Shown: piece by piece, positions 20,342 through 28,966 of the stretch
Numbering within the stretch: the stretch's first letter is position 1
Layout of the letters: every line of letters begins with the position of its first letter
Assembly (NCBI GenBank): GCA_036004985.1
Contig: DASYQX010000049.1
Location: 87,676 to 151,675 of the forward strand
DNA from: Gemmatimonadales bacterium
GTDB taxonomy: Bacteria > Gemmatimonadota > Gemmatimonadetes > Gemmatimonadales > GWC2-71-9
Reading direction: 5' to 3'
Length of the DNA stretch: 64,000 nucleotides
Notes under the pieces: generated by a model
The model's database searches: none
Told to the model about the DNA's origin: nothing
The model's input: the letters and a program-made list of their open reading frames with translations, nothing else
Translations under genes and position numbers: made by a program

Positions 20342-22585
20342 ATGGACGGTCTCTGGCGGCGGTGGGTCGTGGTGTGCGTTGCGGCAATCCCCAGCGTGCT
20401 CGCCGCACAGGGTGGCGGCACCGCGCCCATCGTGCATCGGGGCGCGCTGGCGAGCGGCGACGGCCAGCTGCAGACGGGCGAATTCTACGACAGCTACGAG
20501 TTCCAGGGTCGGGCAGGCCAACGGGTGGCGTTCGACCTCACGTCCTCGGCCTTCGATCCCTATCTGATGGTGATCGCCCCATCCGGTGACAAGAAGGAAA
20601 ACGACGACTTCAACGGCTCGAGCAGCCGTTCGCGGCTCGAGCTCGCCCTCGAGGAGACCGGGACCTACCGGGTCGTAGTCACCTCCTATAAGAAGGACGA
20701 AGCGGGCGCGTACGAGCTGCGCATCGAGACGGGCGCGGCGGCGGGGGCCGGGAGCCCGGCCCCGGGGGTCCGGGTCGAGAGCGGCCGCCTGGCGGCGGGC
20801 GACACGACGCTCCGCACGGGCGAATACCGCGACTCCTACACCTTCGCGGGACGGCGCGGGCAGACCGCAACTGTGGACCTACGGTCCACCGCGTTCGACC
20901 CGTATCTCATCGTGATCGACCCGAGCGGCAAACAGCACGAGAACGACGATTACGCGGGCGATGCCAACCGCTCGCTCGTGTCGTACGAGCTGCCGGAAGA
21001 CGGCACCTATCGGGTCTGGGTCACCTCGTACAAGAGCGGCGAGACCGGCCAGTACGACGTCCGGATCCAAAGCGGGACGGCGGGCGCGGCGGCGGTCGCT
21101 GCGACACCGCGCGTGGAGCGCGGTCGCCTGGCGGCGGGCGACGACACCCTCCGTTCGGGAGAGTACGTGGACAGCTACACGCTCGAGGGGCGCCCCGGTC
21201 AGCACGTCACGCTCGACGTGGCCTCGAACGACTTCGACACGTACCTGATGCTCGTCCCCCCCCGGGGCGAGCGCCTCTGGAACGATGACGTCGAAGGCAA
21301 GCCGCACCACAGCGTCATCGAGGCCGACCTCAACGAAGCCGGACAGTACCGGGTCGCGGTCACGTCCTACGAGCGCGGCGAGACGGGAGCGTACGAGCTG
21401 CGGATCGACTACGGCGCCCCCGCGGCGGCGAGCCCCGCGACGGGGCGTACGCGCGACGTCGAAGCGATCGCCTACGGCGACACAAAGACCGGCGCCTTGT
21501 CCTCGGCCGACGCGCGGCTCTCCAGTGGGGAATACCGGGACCTCTACGCCTTCGACGGCGCGACGGGCGACTCGATCGTCGTCGAGCTCGCATCCGGCGA
21601 GTTCGACCCCTACCTGTCCCTGATCCCCCCCGGAGAGGGACAGGAGCAAATTGACAACGACGACGCCGACGGCCGGCAGGACTTGTCTCGCGTCACCGTG
21701 AGGCTCCGTGCGAGCGGCCGGTACCGGATCATGGCGACGTCGTACGCGGCGGCCAAAACGGGGGCGTACCGGCTCTCGCTGCGGCGCGCCGCGACCGGTG
21801 GCGGGCCCGCCGTTGTGGCTCGCCCCCCCGCGGCGACGGGCGGCCGGGTGTACGGCGTCTTCGTCGGCATCTCGAATTACGGTGGCCGCGCCAACAACCT
21901 CATGTTCACGGCGGACGACGCCCGCCGGATGTACGATGCGATGCTGCGCGGCGCCGGCATGCGGGCCGCGGATGGCGTGGTGCTCGTGGACCAGCAGGCC
22001 ACGTTGGCCGCGGTGCGCCAGGCGATCGAGCGCGTCGGGCGCGAGGCGGGCCCCAACGACATGTTCGTGCTCTTCTACTCCGGGCACGGCGGCCGCAACC
22101 CGCGGGCCGGCGGCCAAGCGGCCGATCCCGACAACCTGGACGAGACCCTCGTCTTTTACGACGACGACTTGAGCGACGACGATCTGAGCCAGCTGCTCGC
22201 CGGCATCCGCGCGCGGGTGTCGCTGCTCGTGTTCGACGCGTGCTTCAGCGGCGGGTTCTCGAAAGACGTGATCTCGGTGCCCGGCCGGATGGGGCTCTTC
22301 TCGTCCGAGGAGGATGTGACGTCCGGCGTCGCAGTCAAGTTTCGGGCGGGCGGCTACCTGGCCGAGTTCATCGCGGAAGCGGTGGGGGACCGGCTCGCCG
22401 ACGCCGACGGCGACCATGAAATCACGGCCCTCGAGCTGAGCCAGTACCTGCACGAGCGTTATCGCGCCGACGTGAAGTCGGGCGGCCCGGGCGACTACGT
22501 GCGGACGGGGGGCCCGCAGACAGGCTACCAACACCTCGTGGTGGATCGAGGGAGCATCGGGCCGTACGACGTGCTGTTCCGCTGA
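20342..22585 (+). CDS. Secreted caspase-like (peptidase C14) protein with five PPC-type repeats
   Basis: Signal peptide MDGLWRRWVVVCVAAIPSVLAAQ after the AGGAGG RBS. Five repeats of about 105 aa (GEYxDxYxFxGRxGQ...FDPYL...NDD...YRVxVTSY...YELRI). C-terminal His/Cys dyad motifs YSGHGG and FDACFSGG. Confidence 0.85.
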   Translation: MDGLWRRWVVVCVAAIPSVLAAQGGGTAPIVHRGALASGDGQLQTGEFYDSYEFQGRAGQRVAFDLTSSAFDPYLMVIAPSGDKKENDDFNGSSSRSRLELALEETGTYRVVVTSYKKDEAGAYELRIETGAAAGAGSPAPGVRVESGRLAAGDTTLRTGEYRDSYTFAGRRGQTATVDLRSTAFDPYLIVIDPSGKQHENDDYAGDANRSLVSYELPEDGTYRVWVTSYKSGETGQYDVRIQSGTAGAAAVAATPRVERGRLAAGDDTLRSGEYVDSYTLEGRPGQHVTLDVASNDFDTYLMLVPPRGERLWNDDVEGKPHHSVIEADLNEAGQYRVAVTSYERGETGAYELRIDYGAPAAASPATGRTRDVEAIAYGDTKTGALSSADARLSSGEYRDLYAFDGATGDSIVVELASGEFDPYLSLIPPGEGQEQIDNDDADGRQDLSRVTVRLRASGRYRIMATSYAAAKTGAYRLSLRRAATGGGPAVVARPPAATGGRVYGVFVGISNYGGRANNLMFTADDARRMYDAMLRGAGMRAADGVVLVDQQATLAAVRQAIERVGREAGPNDMFVLFYSGHGGRNPRAGGQAADPDNLDETLVFYDDDLSDDDLSQLLAGIRARVSLLVFDACFSGGFSKDVISVPGRMGLFSSEEDVTSGVAVKFRAGGYLAEFIAEAVGDRLADADGDHEITALELSQYLHERYRADVKSGGPGDYVRTGGPQTGYQHLVVDRGSIGPYDVLFR

Positions 22586-22623
22586 GGGGGGTGCACCTCA
22601 GCGCGGGGAACTGCGCCACGACT

Positions 22624-22655
22624 GTTGGGATGCTGTTTCTTTACTGTCGCTGCGG
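22624..22655 (+). repeat. Motif copy c5 (degenerate), just downstream of the caspase-like gene
   Basis: GTTGGGATGCTGTTTCTTTACTGTCGCTGCGG matches the consensus at roughly three quarters of positions (hand alignment). Confidence 0.5.
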
Positions 22656-22940
22656 CTAGCTGCCCCGGGGGAAGCTTGTAGCGGTGGGGCGAGTGAAATG
22701 CGCGTCCACCGTCGCGATCTGGATTGCACTCTCGGTGACCGTCACGGTATAGCGATCCGTGACGCCGTCACGGGTGAACTCGAGCGTGTACGTCCCCCCA
22801 GTGCTGACCGGCAATGCCACCCGGTACTGCGCGGGGCCGATCGCCGTCAGGCAGACCGCGGGTTCCGTGACCCGGTCGGAAACAGCGACCCGCAACACGT
22901 TGCCGACGACGCTGAACTCGCCTTCCAAGTGGTAGTTCAC
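22656..22940 (-). CDS. Hypothetical small protein (94 aa)
   Basis: GTG start, strong G/C bias at third codon positions, beta-rich sequence. No family recognised and no clear RBS. Confidence 0.5.
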   Translation of the reverse strand: MNYHLEGEFSVVGNVLRVAVSDRVTEPAVCLTAIGPAQYRVALPVSTGGTYTLEFTRDGVTDRYTVTVTESAIQIATVDAHFTRPTATSFPRGS

Positions 22941-22946
22941 GCACGG

Positions 22947-23165
22947 TTACTGCGTTTCGGTCGTGAGCAGAAGCGCGATGTGCGGCGGCGGGGGCGGCGG
23001 GTCGACGTAGTAGCCCTCACGGATCGCAAAGCTCAGCGGACTGGTGTCCCGGACGGCGTCCAAACCGCAGCCCCAGGGGCAATCAGCGTAGCGCCGATGA
23101 GGAGGAAAGGTCGGCGACCCGTGCTTCCAGTTGAAGAAGATCGCGGTGATCGGCACCGAGGTCCG
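22947..23165 (-). pseudogene. Relic C-terminal fragment of a gamma-glutamyltransferase paralogue
   Basis: 23115..23165 matches 24378..24428 (3' end of ggt) at 44/51 nt (hand count). It encodes RTSVPITAIFFNWKHGS versus RTSGPINAIYFDWKHGS, then diverges with in-frame insertions. Confidence 0.5.
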
Positions 23166-23173
23166 ATAACACC

Positions 23174-24253
23174 CTACGGCTGGCGCCCCTCGACCTCCGC
23201 GATGGCATCGTCGAGCTGTCGGCGCCGCTCCGGGTCCGTCGCGCGTTCGCGCAAGCCCCGCAGCGCGGCCAAGTGCGCGGCGCGCAGCGCCTGGTCGGAA
23301 GGCACCGCCACGTCCGGCCGCACGCCCACGCGCTCCCAGTTCGTCTTCGTGATGGGGTTGATCGCGCGCCCGCTCGGCACCCACACCGCGAAGTGCTCGG
23401 TGACCCGCCGGATGCCGCCCGGATGCGCCCCCCCGCCGGTGGTGTCCCCGACAATCGTCGCGCGCTTCCGCGACTGCAGGTTGTAAGCAAACTCCTCTGC
23501 GCCCGAGAACGTGTTGCGGCTGGTGAGGACGTACACCGGTTTATCGGGACCATACCGCGTGCCCGGCACGGTGCCTCGGGTATAGAAATCATCGGTGCGA
23601 TTGGCGGGACGCCAATACAGCGAGTTGAGGTGGACTGGGTCGGGACCGAAGAGGTAGCTCGACACCTGCGCGACCATGTGTGGTGAGCCACCGCCGTTGC
23701 GGCGGATGTCGATGATCAGCGCGTCGGTGTTGCCGAGGAATGTGAAGGCGTTCGCCGCGACGCTTGACACATCGGCGGTGTCAAAGCCAAAGCTGCGGAT
23801 CTCGACGTAGCCAACGTTGCCCGCCAGCCGTTCGATGCGCTCGAAACCGAAATTGACGCGCTGCCCGAAGACCCTTGCCTGCTCTCGGTCCTCGGGGCTC
23901 GGGCCATCGCCGCCGGGGCCCGCCGGAACGCCGCGGGCGACGAACCGCACCCGGAGGTGCCGGTCGCGACTGACGGCGTGCAAGTGCGCCGTGAGGGAGT
24001 CGGCGAAGGCACGGGCGCTGGTAATGCCGTCGTACTCGCCGCGACGCTGGCGCGCCCGAATCGCGCGGTCCATGGCGGCCGCCGTATCGGGAAAGACGTA
24101 CGCTTCCTTGAGGCGGTTGATCACGCCGTCGATGACGGCACGCCGTTCGGCGGCGTCGATGGTGCGGTCGGGCTGGGGGTCGCCCTGGCCGGCCAGCGGC
24201 GTGGCGACGAACAGGGCCGCGCAGGCGACGGTGAGGCAGGTCCGCAAAGACAC
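23174..24253 (-). CDS. Peptidase S41 family protein (secreted)
   Basis: IIDIRRNGGGS, SRNTFSGAEEF and GDTTGGGAHPG motifs. Start set at the GTG preceding signal peptide SLRTCLTVACAALFVATPLAGQ; the track start at 24469 is rejected. Confidence 0.85.
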   Translation of the reverse strand: MSLRTCLTVACAALFVATPLAGQGDPQPDRTIDAAERRAVIDGVINRLKEAYVFPDTAAAMDRAIRARQRRGEYDGITSARAFADSLTAHLHAVSRDRHLRVRFVARGVPAGPGGDGPSPEDREQARVFGQRVNFGFERIERLAGNVGYVEIRSFGFDTADVSSVAANAFTFLGNTDALIIDIRRNGGGSPHMVAQVSSYLFGPDPVHLNSLYWRPANRTDDFYTRGTVPGTRYGPDKPVYVLTSRNTFSGAEEFAYNLQSRKRATIVGDTTGGGAHPGGIRRVTEHFAVWVPSGRAINPITKTNWERVGVRPDVAVPSDQALRAAHLAALRGLRERATDPERRRQLDDAIAEVEGRQP

Positions 24254-24326
24254 ACGCGCTCCTATCAGGTGGATGGGGTGACGCTCCACTGTAGTGACGC
24301 GCGAATCCGGGTGATGGTCGCGGCGA

Positions 24327-26201
24327 CTACCAGGCGATCCCGTAGTCCTCGCCGTGGTTCGAGGACCCGCCCCAGAACGACCCGTGCTTCCAGTCGAAGT
24401 AGATCGCGTTGATGGGACCCGACGTCCGCTCCTGGAAATCGAGCCGGTAGCCCATGCCCCGCAGCTCACGTCGGATCCAGGAGGGCGTGTCTTCGCGCAG
24501 CGTCAGGCGCCCTGGGATGGTCTCGTGGTTCCCGAACGAGTTGCGCATCTGATAGCTCGTGATGTTCGCCGCCTCGACCGCCTGCTGCACGTCCATGCCG
24601 AACTCGACCACGTTCAGGAAGCACTGCAGGAGATTCTGGTCCTGGGTGTCGCCGCCCTGCACGGCGAACGCCATGAACGGCCGCCCGTCCTTGAGCGCGA
24701 GGGTCGGCGTCAGGGTCACGCGCGGGCGCTTGCCCGGGGCGATCGTGTTGAACGGATTGTCCGCCGTGTCCACCACGAATTGCTGCGCCCGCTGGCTCAC
24801 GCCGATCCCGGTGCGGCCCGCGATCACCGCCGGAATCCAGCCACCCGACGGCGTCACCGACACGACCCACCCTGACGTGTCGGCCGCCTCGATCGACGTC
24901 GTACCGCGCGTGAACGCTTCGTCGAACGCGGCGAGCGCTTCTTCGGGGGGATCGGACTGGGTGGCGCCCTCCGACGTCACCGCGGGACGGGGCGGCGCCG
25001 GCGGCCACGCGCGCAGCAGATTCAGGTACGGATTCGTCCCACCCTGGAAGGGATACGGGTCCCCCGGCTTGATCGATGGGTCGTTGCGGTCCGGGTTGAT
25101 CGTCTGGGCGCGCTGGCGCGCATACTCCTTGGACAACAGGCCGCGGATCGGCTCCTCGGGCGGGAAGGCGGGATCGCCGTAGTAGAAATCGCGGTCGGCG
25201 AACGCCAGGCTCATCGTCTGGTACAGCGTGTGGATGTAGCGCGTGCTGTTGTAGCCCATCGCCTTGAGATCGAAGGTCTCGAGGATGTTCAAGGCCTGCA
25301 GCATCGCCGGCCCCTGCGACCAGGGCTGCAGCTTATAGACGTCGATGCCCCGGTACGTGGTCATCACCGGCTCTTCGATCTTCACCCGCCAATTGGCGAG
25401 GTCCTGCATGGTGATGAGCCCACCCTCTTCCCGCACTCCGCGCACGAACTCCTGGGCGATGTCGCCCTTGTAGAACCGGTCATACGCCGCGTAGATCGCG
25501 TCGCGCCGGCTCTTGCCGCGGCGCAGCGCCTGCTGCTCGGCCTCGACGAGTTTGCGCAGCGTGGCGGCGAGGTCGGCCTGGCGGAAGATCTCGCCCCCCT
25601 CGGGCGCTTCGCGCGCTTCGCCCAGGTGCGGCAGCATCACGGCTCGCGAGTACCGCCACTGTTTGAGCCAGCGCTTCTGGCGCTCGATCGAGTTGGCGGT
25701 TTCGTCCTCGATCGGATAGCCGTCGGCCATGCGGATCGCGGGTTCGAGCACGTCTTTCAAACTCAACCGCCCGTACTCGGCGAGCATCGTCATCAGGCCG
25801 CCGGGCGTGCCGGGGGTGATCGCGGAGAGCGGGCCGTACTCCGGGGGGAAGCTCATCCCCTTCGAGCGATAGAACTCTGGCGTGGCGCCGGTGGGCGCGA
25901 CGCCGAGGGCGTTGAGCGCGATCACCTTCTTGGTCTGCGGATTGTAGATCAGCGCCTGGGTCTCACCGCCCCAGGAGAGCACGTCCCACATGGTGGTCGT
26001 GGCGGCGAGCATGGCGCACGCGGCGTCGATGGGATTCCCGCCCTTCTGGAACATCATCGCGCCGGCGGTGGCGGCGAGCGGCTTGCCCGTGATCGCGATC
26101 CAGTGGCGACCGTGGAGGGCGGGCTTCTGCGTGCGCTGAGCGCCGAGCGCGCCGGGACCGAGGAGCAGCGCGGCGAGGACGAGGCGGTGACGGACGGCCA
26201 T
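24327..26201 (-). CDS. ggt: Gamma-glutamyltransferase
   Basis: 624 aa with signal peptide, autoprocessing site GTTSI and family-wide similarity. Confidence 0.95.
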   Translation of the reverse strand: MAVRHRLVLAALLLGPGALGAQRTQKPALHGRHWIAITGKPLAATAGAMMFQKGGNPIDAACAMLAATTTMWDVLSWGGETQALIYNPQTKKVIALNALGVAPTGATPEFYRSKGMSFPPEYGPLSAITPGTPGGLMTMLAEYGRLSLKDVLEPAIRMADGYPIEDETANSIERQKRWLKQWRYSRAVMLPHLGEAREAPEGGEIFRQADLAATLRKLVEAEQQALRRGKSRRDAIYAAYDRFYKGDIAQEFVRGVREEGGLITMQDLANWRVKIEEPVMTTYRGIDVYKLQPWSQGPAMLQALNILETFDLKAMGYNSTRYIHTLYQTMSLAFADRDFYYGDPAFPPEEPIRGLLSKEYARQRAQTINPDRNDPSIKPGDPYPFQGGTNPYLNLLRAWPPAPPRPAVTSEGATQSDPPEEALAAFDEAFTRGTTSIEAADTSGWVVSVTPSGGWIPAVIAGRTGIGVSQRAQQFVVDTADNPFNTIAPGKRPRVTLTPTLALKDGRPFMAFAVQGGDTQDQNLLQCFLNVVEFGMDVQQAVEAANITSYQMRNSFGNHETIPGRLTLREDTPSWIRRELRGMGYRLDFQERTSGPINAIYFDWKHGSFWGGSSNHGEDYGIAW

Positions 26202-26245
26202 CGGTACTCCGGAGAGGGGACTTTCGGAGAAGCTATGTTACCGGC

Positions 26246-27271
26246 ATGCGACTCGCCATCGTTCCCCGCACTCGCTGGGGCCGGATCCGCATGATCGCGC
26301 TCGCCAGCTTTCTCCCACTGCTGTTCCTCGCCATCTGGCTGTTCACGGTGAAGATGCCGGGCCCGGCGTTCACGGGCCCCCTGCCCGCCCTCAGGCCGCA
26401 GCAGGAGGTGTTGCGCCGGCGCCTCGAGGAGCACGTGCGCGTGCTGGCCGGTCGGATCGGCGCCCGCTCGGACGACGACTATGCCAACGTGCTGCGCGCC
26501 GCGGCGTACATCGACAGCGTCCTCCAGTCCTACGGCTATCACGTCGAGTCGCAGGAGTTCACGGCCGACGGCCGCACGTACCGCAATCTCGAGGCGACGG
26601 TGGCGGGCGCGGGCCGGGGCCACGAAGTCGTGGTGCTCGGCGCGCACTACGACACCGCGGAGGAGGCGCCCGGCGCCGACGACAACGCGAGCGGCGTGGC
26701 CGGCGTGCTCGAGCTGGCGCGCCTGTTCGCGCACACGCCGCAGGCGCGCACGGTGCGGTTCGTGTTCTTCCCGAACGAAGAGCCGCCCTCGTTCGCCACG
26801 GGGGACATGGGGAGCCGCCACTACGCGCAGGCCGCCCGCGCGCGGAACGATCAGATCGTCGCGATGCTGTCGATCGAGTCGATCGGCTACTACGACAGCG
26901 AGAAGGGCAGCCAGCGCTACCCGTTTCCGCTGAACCTCGCCTACCCGGACGTCGGCGATTTCATCGGATTCGTCTCGAATCTCAGGTCACGCGCGCTGCT
27001 GCGCCGGTCGATTGGGGCGTTCCGCGCGGCGGCCCAATTCCCCAGCCAGGGAGCCGCGGCGCCAGCGTGGGTCCCGGGCGTGTGGTGGTCGGACCATTGG
27101 TCGTTTTGGCTCGAGGGATATCCGGCGATCATGATCAGCGACACGGCACCGTATCGGAATCCGTTCTACCACACGCCCATGGACACGCCGGACAAGCTCG
27201 ACTATGACCGCATGGCACGCGTCGTGGACGGACTCGCACACGTCGTGCGGGCTCTGGCCGGCGCCCGCTAA
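26246..27271 (+). CDS. Peptidase M28 family aminopeptidase, membrane-anchored
   Basis: VLGAHYDT...GADDNASGVAGVLELARLF zinc-ligand region and an N-terminal TM helix. Confidence 0.85.
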   Translation: MRLAIVPRTRWGRIRMIALASFLPLLFLAIWLFTVKMPGPAFTGPLPALRPQQEVLRRRLEEHVRVLAGRIGARSDDDYANVLRAAAYIDSVLQSYGYHVESQEFTADGRTYRNLEATVAGAGRGHEVVVLGAHYDTAEEAPGADDNASGVAGVLELARLFAHTPQARTVRFVFFPNEEPPSFATGDMGSRHYAQAARARNDQIVAMLSIESIGYYDSEKGSQRYPFPLNLAYPDVGDFIGFVSNLRSRALLRRSIGAFRAAAQFPSQGAAAPAWVPGVWWSDHWSFWLEGYPAIMISDTAPYRNPFYHTPMDTPDKLDYDRMARVVDGLAHVVRALAGAR

Positions 27272-27834
27272 CGCCGGGAGCGGGTGGCCGTCAGGGAATC
27301 GACGACCGCGAGCTTGGGATCCAGGAGCGGCGGCCAATCATCCGCCGAGGCGAAGACGAGACCCACCAACGCCACGGTATACACGGCAGCCCCGCGACGC
27401 ACCATGACGAGGTGCCCGATCTGCTGCGAGTTCCGCAGGAGTGTGCCGAAGTACGCCTCGTCCCCGTACGCGGGGGCCTCGTCCTTCCGCGCGTGGAGGC
27501 CTCCCGCCCGCAGCGTCAAGATCAAGGCCTTGCGTTTCGTGCTCATCGTCGTTGCCGCGGATTGCGGATTCCGCTCGACATCGATCGTGACGGCGAGGTA
27601 CAGCGGGTCCGGCTGTTCGCGCTGGAACTCGTACTCGATACTGTAGGATCGGTCGAAGTTGTTGATGCGCTTGAAGGACTCGCGCGCCGAGGAATCGGGA
27701 CCGCGGACGCCATACGCGGCGAGATCGTGCACGGTGAGCACAGCGAGGCGGTCGCCCTCGGGCACATCTGCAACCCAGCAACCGCACAGCAGCAACGCGA
27801 CGAGACCGCCGACCCCGGTGGCGCGCCGCGTCAT
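27268..27834 (-). CDS. Putative lipoprotein, unknown function
   Basis: 188 aa starting MTRRATGVGGLVALLLCGCW (lipobox-like). ATGA overlap with the upstream cyclase gene. The 5' half of the track ORF is rejected. Confidence 0.6.
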   Translation of the reverse strand: MTRRATGVGGLVALLLCGCWVADVPEGDRLAVLTVHDLAAYGVRGPDSSARESFKRINNFDRSYSIEYEFQREQPDPLYLAVTIDVERNPQSAATTMSTKRKALILTLRAGGLHARKDEAPAYGDEAYFGTLLRNSQQIGHLVMVRRGAAVYTVALVGLVFASADDWPPLLDPKLAVVDSLTATRSRR

Positions 27835-28499
27835 GCGCGGACCGCGGCGAACGCCCGCACCGGGAAGCTCCCCATCCCCTTTACCTTGACCGGCACCGCG
27901 AAGAAGCGGAACCCGGCGTCCGGCAGGGCGCCCAGATCGCAGAGGTGCTCGACCAGCGGGATCCCGGCGCCCAGGATGGCGGTGTGGGCCGGACGCGTGC
28001 CGTCTTTGTCGTCGTCGATGTTGAGCGAGTCGATCCCCACGAGCGCCGCGCCCGAACTGACGAGGTGCTCGGCGGCGTCGCGAGTCAGGAACGGGTGGCC
28101 AGAGCCGTACGCCGCCGTGCGCCAGTGGACGTCCCACCCGGTGTGGATCAGCACGGCCTTCCCCCGCACGTCCCGGCCCCGGAAGCGGCCGGCATCGAGT
28201 CCACGCCGCACCCCCGAGGTGTCGGTCGCCCGCACCACGAGTCCCTCCAGATCCGCCACCGCCTCGAGCGAATAGGCGCTGACGTCGCCCGCGCCAGCGT
28301 GGCGATGCGAGGGAGCGTCCAGGTAGGTGCCGGTGTTCGCCACCATTTCGATCTTGCCGATCTGAAAGGTCGTCCCCGCCGCGTACTTGGCGCTGGAAGC
28401 CTCGCGGCTCATCCAATCCGAGATCGTGGGGGCCGGGAGCCCCGGATAGGTGACCATCCCGTGCTCGATCTCGTGGCTCAAGTCGATGAGCCGGGTCAC
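27831..28499 (-). CDS. Cyclase family protein (kynurenine formamidase-like)
   Basis: NTGTYLDAPSH motif. GTG start in a GTGA overlap with the tetR-like stop; the start is not certain. Confidence 0.75.
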   Translation of the reverse strand: MTRLIDLSHEIEHGMVTYPGLPAPTISDWMSREASSAKYAAGTTFQIGKIEMVANTGTYLDAPSHRHAGAGDVSAYSLEAVADLEGLVVRATDTSGVRRGLDAGRFRGRDVRGKAVLIHTGWDVHWRTAAYGSGHPFLTRDAAEHLVSSGAALVGIDSLNIDDDKDGTRPAHTAILGAGIPLVEHLCDLGALPDAGFRFFAVPVKVKGMGSFPVRAFAAVRA

Positions 28500-28885
28500 G
28501 TGAACACGCGCGCCAGCGAGCGGAGCAGCTGCCCTTCGGGCGTCCCGCCGTCGGGCGCCTCGGCGAGGACGACGGCCAATCGGCGCCGCAGCAGGGGATC
28601 GCGCAGGGCCTGGGCGGCGAACTGAATCGTCAGCGGGACGAACCATGGTGCATGCCGAGCGCCGGGCCCGGCGCGCGCCACAGCGGCGTACTGCTCGAAC
28701 AGCGTCAAGAGAAAGGCGCCCTTGGAGGGGAACTGCCGGTAAATGGCGCCCTTCGTAAAGCCGGCTGATTCTGCGACTTCGTCGAGCGTAGCGAGCTCAA
28801 GGCCGCGCTCGCTGAAGACCCGGAGGCCCGCTTCGACCAACAGGGCCCGCGTCTCTGTTTTGCGCTTCTGACGCATGATTCCCAC
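28496..28885 (-). CDS. TetR/AcrR family regulator, unusually short (129 aa)
   Basis: HTH LATLDEVAESAGFTKGAIYRQFPSK. Start is GTG at 28885 or ATG at 28876. Confidence 0.8.
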   Translation of the reverse strand: MGIMRQKRKTETRALLVEAGLRVFSERGLELATLDEVAESAGFTKGAIYRQFPSKGAFLLTLFEQYAAVARAGPGARHAPWFVPLTIQFAAQALRDPLLRRRLAVVLAEAPDGGTPEGQLLRSLARVFT

Positions 28886-28893
28886 GAGTATCG

Positions 28894-28921
28894 ATGATAC
28901 GCAACGGAATCATCGTGGCAA
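28894..28921 (-). promoter_or_regulatory. Candidate promoter of the short tetR-like gene
   Basis: Minus strand reads TTGCCA (28921..28916), 16 nt, TATCAT (28899..28894), with the start codon 8 nt downstream. Overlaps the palindrome GTATC-GAT-GATAC. Confidence 0.4.
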
Positions 28922-28932
28922 GGTAGGCGGGC

Positions 28933-28961
28933 TTGACAAAAACGAACGATCGTGCTTTTAT
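28933..28961 (+). promoter_or_regulatory. Candidate promoter of the second tetR-like gene, leaderless geometry
   Basis: TTGACA (28933..28938), 17 nt containing palindrome ACGATCGT, TTTTAT (28956..28961), then the ATG at 28967. Confidence 0.45.
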
Positions 28962-28966
28962 GGCCC

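Noticed and set aside
22947-23384. 145-aa ORF as an intact gene
   Set aside because: Its 5' two thirds overlap the S41 peptidase 3' end out of frame. Only the last ~70 codons show homology (to the GGT C-terminus), so it is treated as a relic fragment.
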